This document shows, one piece after another, positions 12,646 to 28,715 of a stretch of 64,000 bases of DNA. The DNA comes from the human T2T-CHM13v2.0 reference genome, Homo sapiens, in the NCBI RefSeq assembly GCF_009914755.1, contig NC_060947.1. The stretch is one strand, 5' to 3'. A program made the translations under genes and the position numbers. The stretch's first letter is position 1. Every line of letters starts with the position of its first letter. The notes under the pieces are model-generated. The model searched no databases, was not told the origin of the DNA, and was given only the letters and a program-made list of their open reading frames with translations.

Positions 12646-12997
12646 CAGGTGCTCCTCAGCTTATGATGAGTTAAAACCTGATAAACACATTGAAAATTGA
12701 AATTACCGTATGTTGAAGATGTGTTTAATACACCTAACCTACTGAACATCATAGCTTACCCTAGCCTAACTTAAACATGCTTAGAACACTTACTTACATT
12801 AGCCTACGGTTGGACAAAATCATCTGGTAACACATTAAACTCTAGAGTGTCAGTTGTTTCTGGGAGCTGCTGCTCATTACTGCTGCCCAGAATCGCAAGA
12901 GGGTATTACACTGCTTTCTACTGAATGCATATGGCTTTCGTACCATCATAAAGTTGAAAAATCATAAATGGAATCAATGTGAGGCAGGGACAATCTG
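12646..12997 (+). mobile_element. MER47B-like (Tigger) non-autonomous DNA transposon
   Basis: CAGGTGCTCCTC...GGGACAATCTG termini, TA on both sides, ATTAGCCTACGGTTGGACAAAATCATCT core. Confidence 0.88.
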
Positions 12998-14551
12998 TAA
13001 TATTACATCTGTAATATTACATGGAAAAATATTACATGGAAAAATGATACAAATGTCTACAACTGTATCATTATAGCTATATAAAAATGAAATCATGTTT
13101 AAAGTGGAAAGGGACACTGGAAGGGAATATACCAAAATTACAATGAGGTGATAAAATTATGAGATCTATTCTTTAAATACATAGTTTACCACTTCCGTAC
13201 ACTCTTTTCAAAATTAGAAATAAATTATTAAATCTAATTTATAGAAGTATAATTTTAAGTTACATATAATCTTGAGTAAAATTTGTTAAATTCGTAGGAA
13301 TGACAAAACCATAATTTTGTTTGTAATGTAAACTATGTAAATGCAAAATTCAGTTAGTGCATCTTAATACATAGCTCCTTAGACATGATTTTATGATCAA
13401 TCCATTATGAACACCATCTGATACCATTCAACTCAATTTCTGGCCTATTACCTATGCTATTTTGGCTCAACATTTCTAATGGTTTAATCTACAGCCAAGC
13501 AGTTTTTGTTTTTTCTTTTCTAGTCCTTTCCTACAGTTAGAAAGTCTGTTGTCTGCATGGAGGTAAAATTACCAGCCAGAGTTTTGTATAAATTAAGTTT
13601 TAATTGAGTGTCTATTAGCCTTGACACTTGGAATGATGCTGAAGCCTGAAAAACAATAAACCAGTTTGATTTTCCCGTTAAAGAGAGTTCAGTTCACATT
13701 AAGACTGGAGTGAATCTGGTGATTTCAGATTCTCTAGGACTTTGGAGAAATAATTAAACTGGTTTTATTGGTGGTGTAATGATTGGAGATATCACTAGGT
13801 TGGTCCCGAGCTTCCTCTGGGCTGAAATGACAAGGGAGCCCATTAGAAACAGCCAGGTACCAGATGAATCATGAGTTGATTGACTACAGAGATGATAACT
13901 CCCCTCCCCCACCTGCTCCCCACAAGTTTTTTATTTCCGCTATAAATCAAGAATTTTGTTTTGTTTCCGCTGATACTACAGATCACAAGAGTTATTTTAA
14001 AAGACAATAACTTTTTCCTGGGTTTTTGTTTTACTTTGAAGAAGGAACTATTGACAGGATTCCTGTCACCAATGTACACTCATTATGCCTAGAAAGATGA
14101 TAAAAAAACTTAAGAATTTTCACAACTCAATTTAATTCTACATTCTGTGCTTGACAGAATTCACACTGAGTATGCTTAACTAACTACTGTACCAACTATT
14201 ACAAAGACCAGGGCAATATTAACCCTTTTCCTTGAGTGTATAATTGAGCTTTGCTCAAAAAGAACCACCTCAGAGCTAAGAACAGATTTTCTGTTAGTTA
14301 AAGTGAAGTCTCAACCAGTTATAGTTATATCGTATTGCTTAGAATGTGTTTCCGCATTGTTTCTGTCTTCCTTGCTTTCAATTACCTCTTTCAGTTCGCT
14401 AAATCTATTTTTTGTGTGTCCACTTGCCATTTACTCTAAGCAATTAACTAACACATTAGAGTTGAACTGTATCTATGAAACATAGCTTAAGTATTAAAAT
14501 TCTTATGATCTAGGACAAAATTCGCATTATATATAATGTTTATTACAGCAT

Positions 14552-15148
14552 ATGATCTTTCTGTGTTGAATTTCCTGAGTGTTCTTTAAGCTTCTTCCAT
14601 CTGGTTGTCTAGATCTCTAGCAAGACCAGGGAATTTTTCCTTATTTTCTCGAGTAAGTTTTCCAAACTTGTGGATTTACTTTCTTTCTCAGGAATACTAA
14701 TTATTCTTATGTTTGGTCATTTCACATAATCCCAAATTTCTTGGAAGCTTTGTTCATGTTTTAAAATTATTTTTTCATTGTCTTTGTCAGATTGGGTTAA
14801 TTTAAAAGCCTTGTCTTCGAGCTCTGAAGTTCTTTCTTCTACTTGTTCAGTTCTATTGTTGAAACTTTCTATTGCGCATTTTGCATTTCTCTAAGTGTGT
14901 CTTTCATTTCCAGAGGTTGTGATTGTCTTTTCTTTATAATATCTATTTCTCTGGAGACTTTTTCATTCATATCCTGAATTTTTTAAAATGTCGTTAAGTT
15001 GTTTTTCACCTTTTTCTGTTGCCTCCCTGATTGCTTAATAATCCACCTTCTCAATTCTTTTTCTGGCACTTCGGAGATTTTTTCTTGGTTTGGATGAATT
15101 GCTGGAGAGCTAGTGTGATCTTTTGGGGATGTTATAAAACGTTATTTG
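14552..15148 (-). mobile_element. L1PB-type ORF1 fragment
   Basis: TCTAGATCTCTAGCAAGACCAGGGAA...TTGCTGGAGAGCTAGTGTGATC, antisense L1PB-type ORF1. Confidence 0.7.
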
Positions 15149-15161
15149 AATACAGATAATT

Positions 15162-15405
15162 AGGGGAAAATGGTGAATAGGAGACAGGATTAAACTCCCG
15201 CTTAGATGAACAGAACAGCATCTGGAGACTCACATTGTGAACTTTTGCTCCAAGAACCACTGCAGGAACATACCAGAAAAATTGAAAGAATTCACAGACC
15301 CTTTGAAAGAAGTGGCTTGCCACTGCAAATGCTGTGAGACAGCTGAAAAACTGTGAGTTACCAAAGAGTGAGAGGGGGAAAAGTCAGCCTCTGAACACAT
15401 CCCCA
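15162..15405 (+). mobile_element. L1PB-type extreme 5' UTR fragment in the opposite orientation
   Basis: GGGGAAAATGGTGAATAGGAGACAGG...GGAGACTCACATTGTGAACTTTTGCTCCAAG. Confidence 0.65.
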
Positions 15406-15916
15406 GGGTATGTTCTTGACACCTTTATTGAAAATGAGTTCACTGTAGGTGTGTGGATTTTTTTTTTTGTGGGAGGGGGGGTGGTTATCTATTCTGCTCT
15501 ATTGGTCTGTGTGTCTGTTTTTATGCCAGTATCATGCTGTTTTGGTTGCTGTAGCTCAGTAGTATAATTTGAAGTCAGGTAATATGATTCCTTCAGTTTT
15601 ATTCTTTTTGTTTAGGATAACTTTTTCTCTTTTGGGTCTTTTGTGGTTGCATATAAATTTTACGATTTTTTTTCTATTTCAGTGAAGAATTTCATTGGTA
15701 TTTTAATAGGAATTGCATTGAATATGTAGATTGCTTTGGGTATATGAACATTTTAACAGTATTCATTCTATCCATGAATATGAAATATATTTTTTTTCAA
15801 TTTCTGGTGTCCTTTTCATTTTCTTTCATCAGTGTTCTATAGTTTTCATTATAGAGATCTTACACTTCTTTGGTTAAGTTAATTCCTAGGTATTTAATTT
15901 TATGTGTGGCTATTGT

Positions 15917-15918
15917 AT

Positions 15919-15961
<43 letters not shown>

Positions 15962-16019
15962 TTTTGAGACGGAGTCTCCCTCTGTTGCCCAGGCTGGAGT
16001 GCAATGGTGCGATCTCGGC
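15917..16019 (-). mobile_element. Severely 5'-truncated Alu (about 55 bp of right arm plus (TAAA)n tail)
   Basis: (ATTT)n then GAGACGGAGTCTC...GATCTCGGC; 17-bp TSD at 15900-15916 and 16020-16036. Confidence 0.93.
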
Positions 16020-18080
16020 TTATGTGTGTCTATTGTAAATGCAATTACTTTTTAAATTTATTTGTCACCATTGGTCACTGTTAGCATATAGAAACGCTAT
16101 TGAGTTTTTTGTGTTAATTTTAAAACCTGCAACTTTACTGAATTTATCAGTTCTAATAGTTTTCTTCTGGAATCTTTAGGTTTTTTCAAATATAAGATTA
16201 TATCATCTGCCAACAAGGATAATTTAACTTCTTCCTTTCCAATTTGGTTACCTGTTATATCTTTTTCTTATTTGATTTCTCTAGCTAAGATTTCTAGTAC
16301 TATAGTAAATAACAGTGGTAACAGTGGGCATCCTTGTCATGTTCCAGATCTTAGAAAAAAGGCTTTCAGTTTTCACCATTCAGTATGATACTACCTGTGG
16401 GTCTACATATATGGCTTTTATTATGTTGATGTATGTTCCTTCTATCCCCAGGTTTTGGGGGTTTTTTTATTGTGAATGGATGTGGAATTTTATCAAATGC
16501 TTTTTCAGCATCAGTTGAAATGGTCATATGGTTTGTATCCTTCATTTGGTTGATATGATATATTACATTAATTGATTTTTGAATGTTGAACCACCCTTTC
16601 CTCTCAGGGATAAATACCACTTGGTCATGATGAATGATCTTTCTAATGTAATACTGACTTCAGTTCACTAGTATTTTGTGGAAGACTTTTGCGTCTGTAT
16701 TCATAAAAGATATTGTTTTGTAGTTTTGTTTTTTTTTTGATGTGTCTTTTTCTGGCTTCAATAACAGACTAATACTGGCCTCATAGAATGAGTTTGAAAA
16801 TATTCCCTCCTCCTCTGTATTTCAGAATAGTTTGATGTAGATTGGTATTAGTTTTTCTTTAAATGTTTGGTAGAATTCAGCAGTGGAGCCATTAGGTTCT
16901 GGGCTTTTCTCTACTGGGAGATTTATTATTACAGCTTTGATCTTGTTACTTGTTACTGGTCTGTTCGGATTTTGGATTTTTACCTGATTCGATATTGGTA
17001 GGTTGTATATATCTAGGAATTTGTTCATTTCTTCTAGACTTTCCAATTTATTGGCATATTGTTGCTAATGGTAGCCCCTAATGAGCCTTTGAATTTCTGT
17101 AGTATCAGTTGTGATGTCTCCTTTTTCATTTCTGATCTTATTTATTTGGATCTCATCTTTTTATTTTTTCTTAATTGGGCTAAAGGTTTGTCAATTTTGT
17201 TTAACTTTTCAAAAAAATCCAACTTTTTGTTTCATTGGTATCATTTTTTAAATTTCAATTTCATTTCTTTCTGCTCTGATCTGTACTATTTCTTTTCTTC
17301 TACTAATTTTACATTTAGTTTGCAATTGCCTTTCTAGTTCTTTAAAATGTATCATTAGATTGTTCATTTGAAGTTTTTCCTTTTTTTGATATAAACACTT
17401 ATAGCTATAAACTTCCCTCTCAGTAATGTTTTTGTTGTATCCCATAGATTTTGGTATTTTGTGTTTTATCATTAGCGTCAAGATATTTTTCAATATCTTT
17501 CTTATTTTTTTCATTAACCTACTGGTTATTCAGAGGCATATTGTTTAATTTTCATGTTTTTGTAGAGAATCCACAATTCTTTTTGTTTTTAGTTTCTAGT
17601 TTTATTCCATTGTGATCTGAGAAGATGTTCAATGTTATTTCAATTTTTTGAATGTTTTAAAACTTGTTTTGTGACCTAAAATATGGTCTGTCCTTGAGAA
17701 AGATCCATGTGCTGAGGACAAAAAATATGTATTCAGCAGCCCTTGCATGAAATATTCTATAAATATGTATTAGATTCATTTGGTCTGTAGTGTAGATAAA
17801 GTCTAATGTTGCTTTTTTGATTTTCTGAACTGAAAGTTCAGTCCAGTGCTGAAAGTGGGGTGTTGAAGTCTCCAGCTATTATTGTATTGGTGCCTATCTC
17901 TCTTTTTATCTGTAATAATATTTGGTTTGTATTTCTGGGAACCCCAGTGTTGGGTGCATATACATTTAGAATTGCTAAATTCTTTTGCTGAATTGACCCC
18001 CATATAATTATATAGTGACCTCTATTGTCTCTTTCAATAGTTTTTTTTTTTTTTTCTGGAAGTTCATTTTGTCTGATATG

Positions 18081-20470
<2,390 letters not shown>

Positions 20471-21685
20471 AACAACTCCTGGTTTCTTTGGTTTTCATTG
20501 GCATGAAATATCTTTTCCCATCCCTTTGTATTCAGTCTATGTGGGTCTTTATAGGTGCAGTGTGTTTCTTGTAGGCCATAGATTAATGGCCTTGTTTTTT
20601 CATTCATTCAGCCAATCTTTGTCTTTTGATTGGAGAGTTTAGTCCATTTACATTCAATGTTATTATTGGTAAGTAAGGATTTACTCCTGCTATTTTGTTA
20701 TTTGTTTTGTGGTTGTGTTTTTGTTTTCTCTTCTTTCTTTCCTTTCTGTCTCCCAGTATTTATGATGATTTTCTATGGTGATATGATTTTATTTCTTGCT
20801 TATTCTTTCGTGTATCTATCGTATGTTTTTACATTTAACATTACCATGAGGCTTGAAAATGCTATCTTACAACTCATTATTTTAACCCAATAACAGCACT
20901 ATTTGCATAAACAAAGAGGCAAAAAGAAAACTAATAAGTACTTGCCTTAACTTTGTTTCCCAGCTTTTTAACTTTTTGTTATTTCTATTTATATCTTATA
21001 CTGATGATGTCTTGAAAAGTTGTTGTAGTTACTATTATTGTTTAGTTTATCCTTTAGTCTTTCTACTTCGGATAAGACTAGTTTACACACCACAGTTATA
21101 GTGTTATGATATTCTGCATTTTTCTGTGTACTTGCCATTAGGTTTTGTACCTTTATGTGATTATTTATTGCTCATTAATGTCTTTTTTTCTGATAGAAGT
21201 ACTCCCTTTGCATTTCTTACAGAATGTGTCTGATATTGATGAAATCCCTCAGCTTTTGTTTATCTAGGCAGTCTTTATTATTTTCTTGATGTTTCAATGA
21301 TATTTTTGCTGGATATACTATTCTATGGTAAAAGTTTTTTTCCATCATCACTTTAAAAATGTCAGTAGTGGCTTTTGGGAGTCAAGGCCTAGAGTTAAAA
21401 ACCTCAGAAGTCTGCCTGGTATTCCATTGTATCATAGATAATCTGGTACTCAAACTACAAGATGTAGTCTTTCTCTGTCTTCTGGCTTCCTTCCAAAGGC
21501 AGAGAAGCCTCACTTCATAGCCACTGCCACCCCTGGCCATGAGGAATACTGCCAGACTACCACTGATTTTTCCTGAAGCTCCCAAATCTCTTAAGTAAGC
21601 TTGTGGCAAATGTTACCTGATCTGATACTTACCCTTCAGGGCAGTGGGCTCCCCTCTGGTCCAGAGAATGTCCAGAAATGCCATC

Positions 21686-22068
21686 TGTATTAGTCCATTC
21701 TCACAGTGCTATAAAGAACTACCTGAGACTGAGTAATTTATGAAGAAAACAGGTTTAATTGATGCACAGTTCCCTAGGCTGTACAGGAAGCATGCCTGGG
21801 AGGCCTCAGAAAACTTACAGTCATGGTGGAATGTGAAGCGGAAGCAAGCACATCTTATCATGGCAGAGCAGGATAGAGAGAGCAAAGGGGGAAGTGCTAC
21901 ACACTTTTAAACCATCAGATCTCATGGTAACTCATTCATTATCATAAGAACAACAAGGGGGAAATCCACTCTCATGATCCAGTCACCTCCCACCAGGTCT
22001 CTCCCCCAACATTGGAGATTACAATTCAACATGAGACTTGGGTGGGGGCACAGAGCCAAACCATAGCA
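21686..22068 (-). mobile_element. MSTA-like solo LTR (MaLR)
   Basis: TGTATTAGTCCATTCTCAC...CCAAACCATAGCA; TSD CCATC/CCACC. Confidence 0.9.
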
Positions 22069-23125
22069 CCACCAATAGTCAAGTCCTGGAATCAGATACC
22101 CCAAGTGCCTGCTTGGTGCTCTACCTCATTGTGATGGTGTTGGTACCTGAAGCCAGCAAGTCTGAGAGGATCACCAAAGCCCTTGATGTAGTACCTGGGT
22201 ATCACTGCTGGCTATTCAGGACCCAAGGGCTCTGTAGTTAGCAGATGATGAATGCTGGAAGGACTGAGTCCTTTCTTTCAAGGTAGCGGGTTCCTTTCTG
22301 GCCCAGGGTGTGTCTAGAAATGTTTGGGAACTGGGGCCTGGAATGAGAGTAGCGTTACTCTGACCCACGCCCTATCCTGCTGTGGTTGAGCTGGTGTTTA
22401 AGATGCAAGACAAAGTCCTCCTCATTCTTCCCTCTCCTCCCCTCAAGTGGAAGGAAGGGGTCTCTTTTGAAGCCACAAGCGGTGCAGCCTGGGGTTAGGG
22501 GAGGGGTGATGCCAGCACTCTCTTGGCTTGCACAAGGGGTGTTTCAGTATATCACACGCCACCCCCCAGTCCACTGTCTCTGGATCTAGTTCAGCCCTAG
22601 GAGTTGCCTAAGAGTTACAGTCCTTATGGCATAGACTGCCTTTCAAGTTTATTTAGAAACCAAGAGCACTTTGGCCCTCTGTGGCAAGGTTTCTGGGCAC
22701 TAAACTTCGCATGACTGAAATCAGGGATTCCCCTTTGTCCGAGGCTAGTTTAAATGTTCCCTCTGTGGGTGGGTGTCAGCTGAGTTTGGTCTGGTTTTTT
22801 TCTGCTGTAACAGAACAGCACTGAATTCAATGCCTCACAAGTGCTATGTTCTCCTTCCCCCAATGCCCAGAGACACACTCTGCACCACGCCACAATTGCT
22901 GGTGGTGCAGGAGCAGGGTGGCCTGTGATTCCAGACATATTTTTTTTATCTCTTCAGTGCCTCTTTCAGCAATATGAAGTTAAAACCAGGTACTAAACTA
23001 TGAGTGTTCACCTTAGTTTTGGTTCTTATGAAGGTGATTTTTCTGTGTAGATAGTTGTTAACTTGGTGTCCTTGCAGTGTGGACAATCAGTGGAGTTTCC
23101 TATTCTGCCATCTTGCTCTGCCTCC

Positions 23126-23296
23126 ACAAACTGGCTCTTGCTGTAATGAACCCACTCCTGTAATAGCAACATTAATCCATTCATGAGGGCTCTGCCTCCT
23201 AAATTGTCTCTTAAAGATCCCATCTTTTAAAAGTGTTGTATTGGGAATTAAGTTTTCAACACCTGAATTGTTGGAGACATGTTCAAACCATAGACA
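23126..23296 (-). mobile_element. MSTD/MLT1A-like LTR half
   Basis: ATTAATCCATTCATGAGGGC...GTTCAAACCATAG; cut by the adjacent L1 5' end. Confidence 0.7.
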
Positions 23297-23565
23297 GTGC
23301 CAAGCTACTAAAACGGAATGATCTTTTTAGCTTTCAATTTGTTATTGAATGGAAAAGAAACATTTACTCTTTGGTCTCTATCATTTTTGGAGTTGATATT
23401 ACTATTTAGCAATAGATGATATTAAATTCAAAATATGTAGCTAGTACATGTATGTAACTTGTGTAACGCACAAAAATTAAAATATGTAGATTTTAAATAC
23501 CTAAAATGAAGGACAGAATATAATAAAACTGTATTTTTGTATCATTTCAATGCTCTTTAGAGGAC

Positions 23566-23614
23566 TGTTGCGGGAAGTCAGGGACCCTGAACGAAGGGGT
23601 GAGTTCCCCCGATA
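23566..23614 (+). mobile_element. Internally deleted MER11 (HML-8/HERV-K11) solo LTR, 49 bp
   Basis: MER11 start TGTTGCGGGAAGTCAGGGACCC fused to MER11 end GTTCCCCCGATA; flanks GAGGAC/AAGGAC. Confidence 0.85.
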
Positions 23615-25484
23615 AAGGACAAAGGACACAAACTTATAACCCTCAAGTTAATAGGGTTTATAATCATAACATCACACACAAAAATATTTTTTTATTATCC
23701 TACAAAATCAAGAAGAATAAACTCTCTCCCAAATGACGTATCATGGACAGAGCCAAGTGGCAGTAAGCTTTTCATATGCATATATCTCAGAGTCATTATT
23801 TTTTCTCTCTGTTGTAAACATTTTTAATGTAATACTTAAATGCATAGTGGGGGTGTCTGACACACTCCTTGTTTATAAAGAAGAAACACACCTGTTTATT
23901 TCATTTCTAAAACCCACTAAAATTATGAGACCAAGGCAGCAGGAAAGGAAATGGTCCACACTGTTACCTTAGTCAGTTGGGCAACTCTTTTTGGAGAGTG
24001 GACATAGGTTTGTAGATATAAAGAATGGACTGGAATATAAAAACAATGAAGTGTTTTGTAGCCATTCTTGGAACAACCTGTACATCACTGCTACTTGATA
24101 TGCACCCTCCCTCCCCCCAACATATGTTTCTTGCTTTAGGAATATGCTAATCTGCGGTTTACAAAAGTTAGTTTAATAACAATTGTACAGTTATATACTT
24201 TAAAATGTCTAGAGTAAAAACACACTTTTATGTTCTAATAATATGACTCTTTACTACATCATGACTCATCTGTATTGGCTTTCAAAGGATAGCCAATTTT
24301 AAACCATGGAAAGCTCACTGAGTAAGAAGGTCTAGCAGAGAAGCTAGAAAACATAATCATGAACCTCAATAAAACAATTTCTAATATGAGAAATTACTTA
24401 CTTCTGTTTTTTTCTTAATATGAATGTCAATCTCCGTTGAGATTTGTGAGTAATTGGATACTGTTTCAAGGATCTCCCTGAAGAAAATTCTTTTTGTCCA
24501 TTACTTGTATTCATAAGGTCACAGAAGTCTTAGGGCTTTTGTAAGTTATACTGTCTGATCATTTCTACTGTTTTTTGTTAGACCGCTTAATAATTTCAGG
24601 GCAATAGCTCATAAGATCGTAAATTAAATTATGTTGACATATCAACATTACTGATGGCTTTACTTAATGTACACTAGGCAATTTTGAGTGAAGAAAACTC
24701 AAGGGATCCTCTGATCCCTCCGCTGTATGTCACTCAGTAACATATTCCACTAGATAATCTTTTCTCTAGAGCACCATCGGACTCTGTCTAAGATTCCACA
24801 CAATGCTGCCATATACTGGAACTGACAGTACTTCATGCAGAACCAATTTAACCAGGATTTAGAAAGCAATCTTTTTTTTTTTTCAAACTTATGGAAAATG
24901 TCAAACTCAATATTTAACTTTTGACATTTTACAAGAATTATGTTCACAAGTATAGCATATTATTTTAGACAAATGTATGTGTATGTATGCATACCCATTA
25001 ACCAGGTGTACCTAAAATAGGTTTGTCTTAGATGAAATTGCAAATTGTTGGGGAAACATAAGGTAGAAATAGTATATTCATTTGCTTTTGAATGTACAAA
25101 TCTTATGTGAATTAAAGTACCCATTACTCAAAGCACATATCAGCTGGGGCACTGTCAATCTGGTCCTCTTGTCTGGCCCAGCCCTAACTAAAGCTGATCA
25201 TTCTAACTCAGACTTTCTCTCTATGTATATTTACGTTGTATGCATTGTTTCTCTTCATGCCTTATATACATTGATTACATGGGAAAAACAAGAGATGAAG
25301 AGTTTAATGCACAGACCGTGTTCATTTGTAGATGTGAGTTGAGTAGGAGCAAAAGGCTAATCTGATAATTAGATGCATTCATTTTAATTTCAGAAGGGTT
25401 CTGATCAAGAGCCAGTTATATTCCTGCTACTGTGCAACAGTATTATGCTGTCTGCATGACAATATATGCTTTTATTCACGATAC

Positions 25485-26110
25485 ACTTATTTATTCCACA
25501 AGTATGTTATTATGTACCTTCTGTCTACTAGCCACTGTTTTAGTCTCCGAATAGAAGAGTAAAGCCAGCAGACATGGCCTTTGTCATTAAGGAAATAGTA
25601 AGAAGTAATGGCTAAGGAACTACATTCTGAAGTGAGATTCAAATTCTGTCTCTATAACTTATTGGCTGTGTAGTGTTGAGCACGATACTTATACATCTAT
25701 GTACCTTACTTTGCTCATCTGTAAATTGGCTTGATAAGTTACAATTGCTATGAGGAGTAAATATAAAATATATAAAGTCTTTAGAAAAGTATCTTGCACA
25801 TAGTATATACTTAAGAAATAGTAGTTATTATTTTTATAGTGGAGGGAGCTTACAATTAGGGGAGAAGATAAGCAAATAAGTAATTAATGTGATGTGTGCT
25901 ACACTAGAAGAATCAAAGTCACCATGGAAGCCACAAAAAAAATCCCTCATAACCTTAATCTGAAGTGCCATGGAATGAATGCTTCCTGGAGAAAGTGATG
26001 TTTAAATTAGGAATTTTTATAAGAAATTAGTTAGGTGGAGAGAAAGCACTGGGAATGCAGGGGGAGACTATGCTTCTCACAGGAGAAACAGCAAAAGACC
26101 AAAGAACAAG
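25485..26110. mobile_element. L2 fragment (-) with nested MIR (+, about 25600-25832)
   Basis: MIR core TTTGCTCATCTGTAAA; L2-like GCTTCCTGGAGAAAGTGATGTTT. Confidence 0.65.
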
Positions 26111-26128
26111 AACACATTCAGAAATTTA

Positions 26129-26487
<359 letters not shown>

Positions 26488-28539
26488 AAGTGACCCATGT
26501 TTATTCCTGATGTTATGCCTAGGCTATTCTTTGTCCATTGCAGTGTTATGGAAGTTAAAGGGAATCTAGCAATTGAAAGACTTTATCCCAAACAAGAACA
26601 GGTATTCCTTTCTGTATTCCACCCCTATTTCTTTTCTTTTCTTTTTAAACATCAGAACACTATTTAAAAGTCTGTTCTTGGCTCCATATAAAAAATTTCA
26701 TTTACAAATGTACCCACAATATTTCTATAGTCACTACTTTATTCACCCATGAACTCACATCAACCCCCATATCTTCAGAGGTTTTTATACTTGGCTTGAG
26801 ATATTCACAGACTTTAAATCTGGCTGCTGCTAGCCAACATTCTAGGATTCAAGAGGCACAATTTGCATAGAACAATTTTTACTGAAAAAAAAGTAATTTC
26901 ACAGATAAGATTTCTCCATTAAGAAGATCTGATAAAGGGCAAAAGTTGTAAAACAATTTTCCATGAAAGAAAATATACTTCTTTATATTATTCATTTGCT
27001 TTAGTGTAAAAAGGTCTAATTCTGATGCATTGTGCTTCACTCTGGATCTCCATTTAAAAGATGCAACAAAAATACTAGCACTTCCTGGCAGCTTAAGCAG
27101 CTCACAGCTTAAATGAGCTCTGAGCAAGGCTCCCATGGGGAAGTAATTGTGTCACACTTCCCTATTCCTAGTACCTAAGATTTCAAATATTCTGGAAGTG
27201 AATGTTGTTCATTGGAAATGGTACTGACAAAATAACACAGAAAATAAGAAAATATTATTATTAGGTACTTTTAGATGAGAGTTTGATGTATCCAGGTCAG
27301 ATATTTCTGTCTAAATGTAGATTAAAAGCAGACTTTTAATCTTTTTTTCAGTAGACCATTAACTTACTTTGTTCAAAAAACCAAGAGAAAGAGCTAGTCA
27401 TTTCTCTCCACAACCTCACAATGTCATATCATTCCTTGTCACAAGCAAGGCAACTGCTTCTTGTTTCATATGCAGTAGGAGAATATACCGGGTTATGCTC
27501 TCATTGAATCCTATTGGCCCACTTCATCTTTGGAACAAATTTCAATTTGAATTCCAGCTAAAATCATCCTTTTCCTATACAAGAATTTAAGGGCAGGTCA
27601 TGGTATTTGACAGATTCATTTGGTGAAACAAAAATTAAAAACAAATATTCTTGCATATACCTTGAAAGACCCAAAGGAAAATATGAACACCTAAATTGAA
27701 AGATCAATTTCTTCAGAAAACAATAGGTATAAGTATGAAATACTTTTAAGAGGCTGATCATGGTCAAAATATGTGTACATATCAGATTCTTCTTAGAATT
27801 TTTGGATGAGAATCATGGTAAGGTAACTACTTTGGAGAACATGGGAGGAAAATCCTCAAATTGGGAAATGAAGCAAAAACAATTATGTCTTCCAAATGTA
27901 AAGAAAAGAAAATGTTACAAAAATTCATATATGTGGTACAGAAAATTCTAATACTTAACTTGCCTATACTGCATGTTTAAATAAATGCCCTCATATATGC
28001 CTCAGAAGAGTTAGAGAAAGTCACCCACATTAATATAACTATAAAGAACACTCTTTGAAGACTTTTGCAAGTAATACATAGCTACAGATATTCAGTGAAA
28101 GCAACTGGTGAAGACACTGAACTTCTCAACAGACTGGAAATCTTCCAAAACTCTGCCTATATTGGAGAGAGAGAGAAAACAGGAACAAAACTATGCTGTG
28201 ATGTGACATCCCTAAAGTTAAATAATAGTAGTAAAAGAACATTTTCAAAGCTACTATATTAGAATAGTTTCTAGAATGTGAAGCATCTTTTTGTTCCTTA
28301 CTTTCAGAAATTAGTCTACAGCAGAATCAAGACTATGTGAATGCCAGTTATGCTCATTCTATTCCCCAGATTTTTACACTCTTCTCTTTCTCAGGAACCA
28401 GTATAGTTCTGTTCACAGGGTGCGTACTCAATTTCTTCCTAATAATTGAATAATTAAAACTGATTTTCTAAAAAAATTATCGGAAACCCTGACAGGATTT
28501 TCAATTAACTGCCAAAAAGGGTGCTAATAAAACCAATCA

Positions 28540-28715
28540 ACACTTCCTACATGTCAAGCATAAGTCAAAGCGTGTTACATGTATTATTAACTTTTTAAAA
28601 CTCGCAATAATCCTCTGAATTAGATACTATCATCATCAAACAAATGGAAAAATTGTGGCATGGACAGGTTAAGTAATTTTTCCAAGTTCACAGAAATTCT
28701 GCATTCTTAATCTTG
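28540..28715 (-). mobile_element. MIR fragment
   Basis: GGTTAAGTAATTTTTCCAAGTTCACAG core. Confidence 0.65.
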
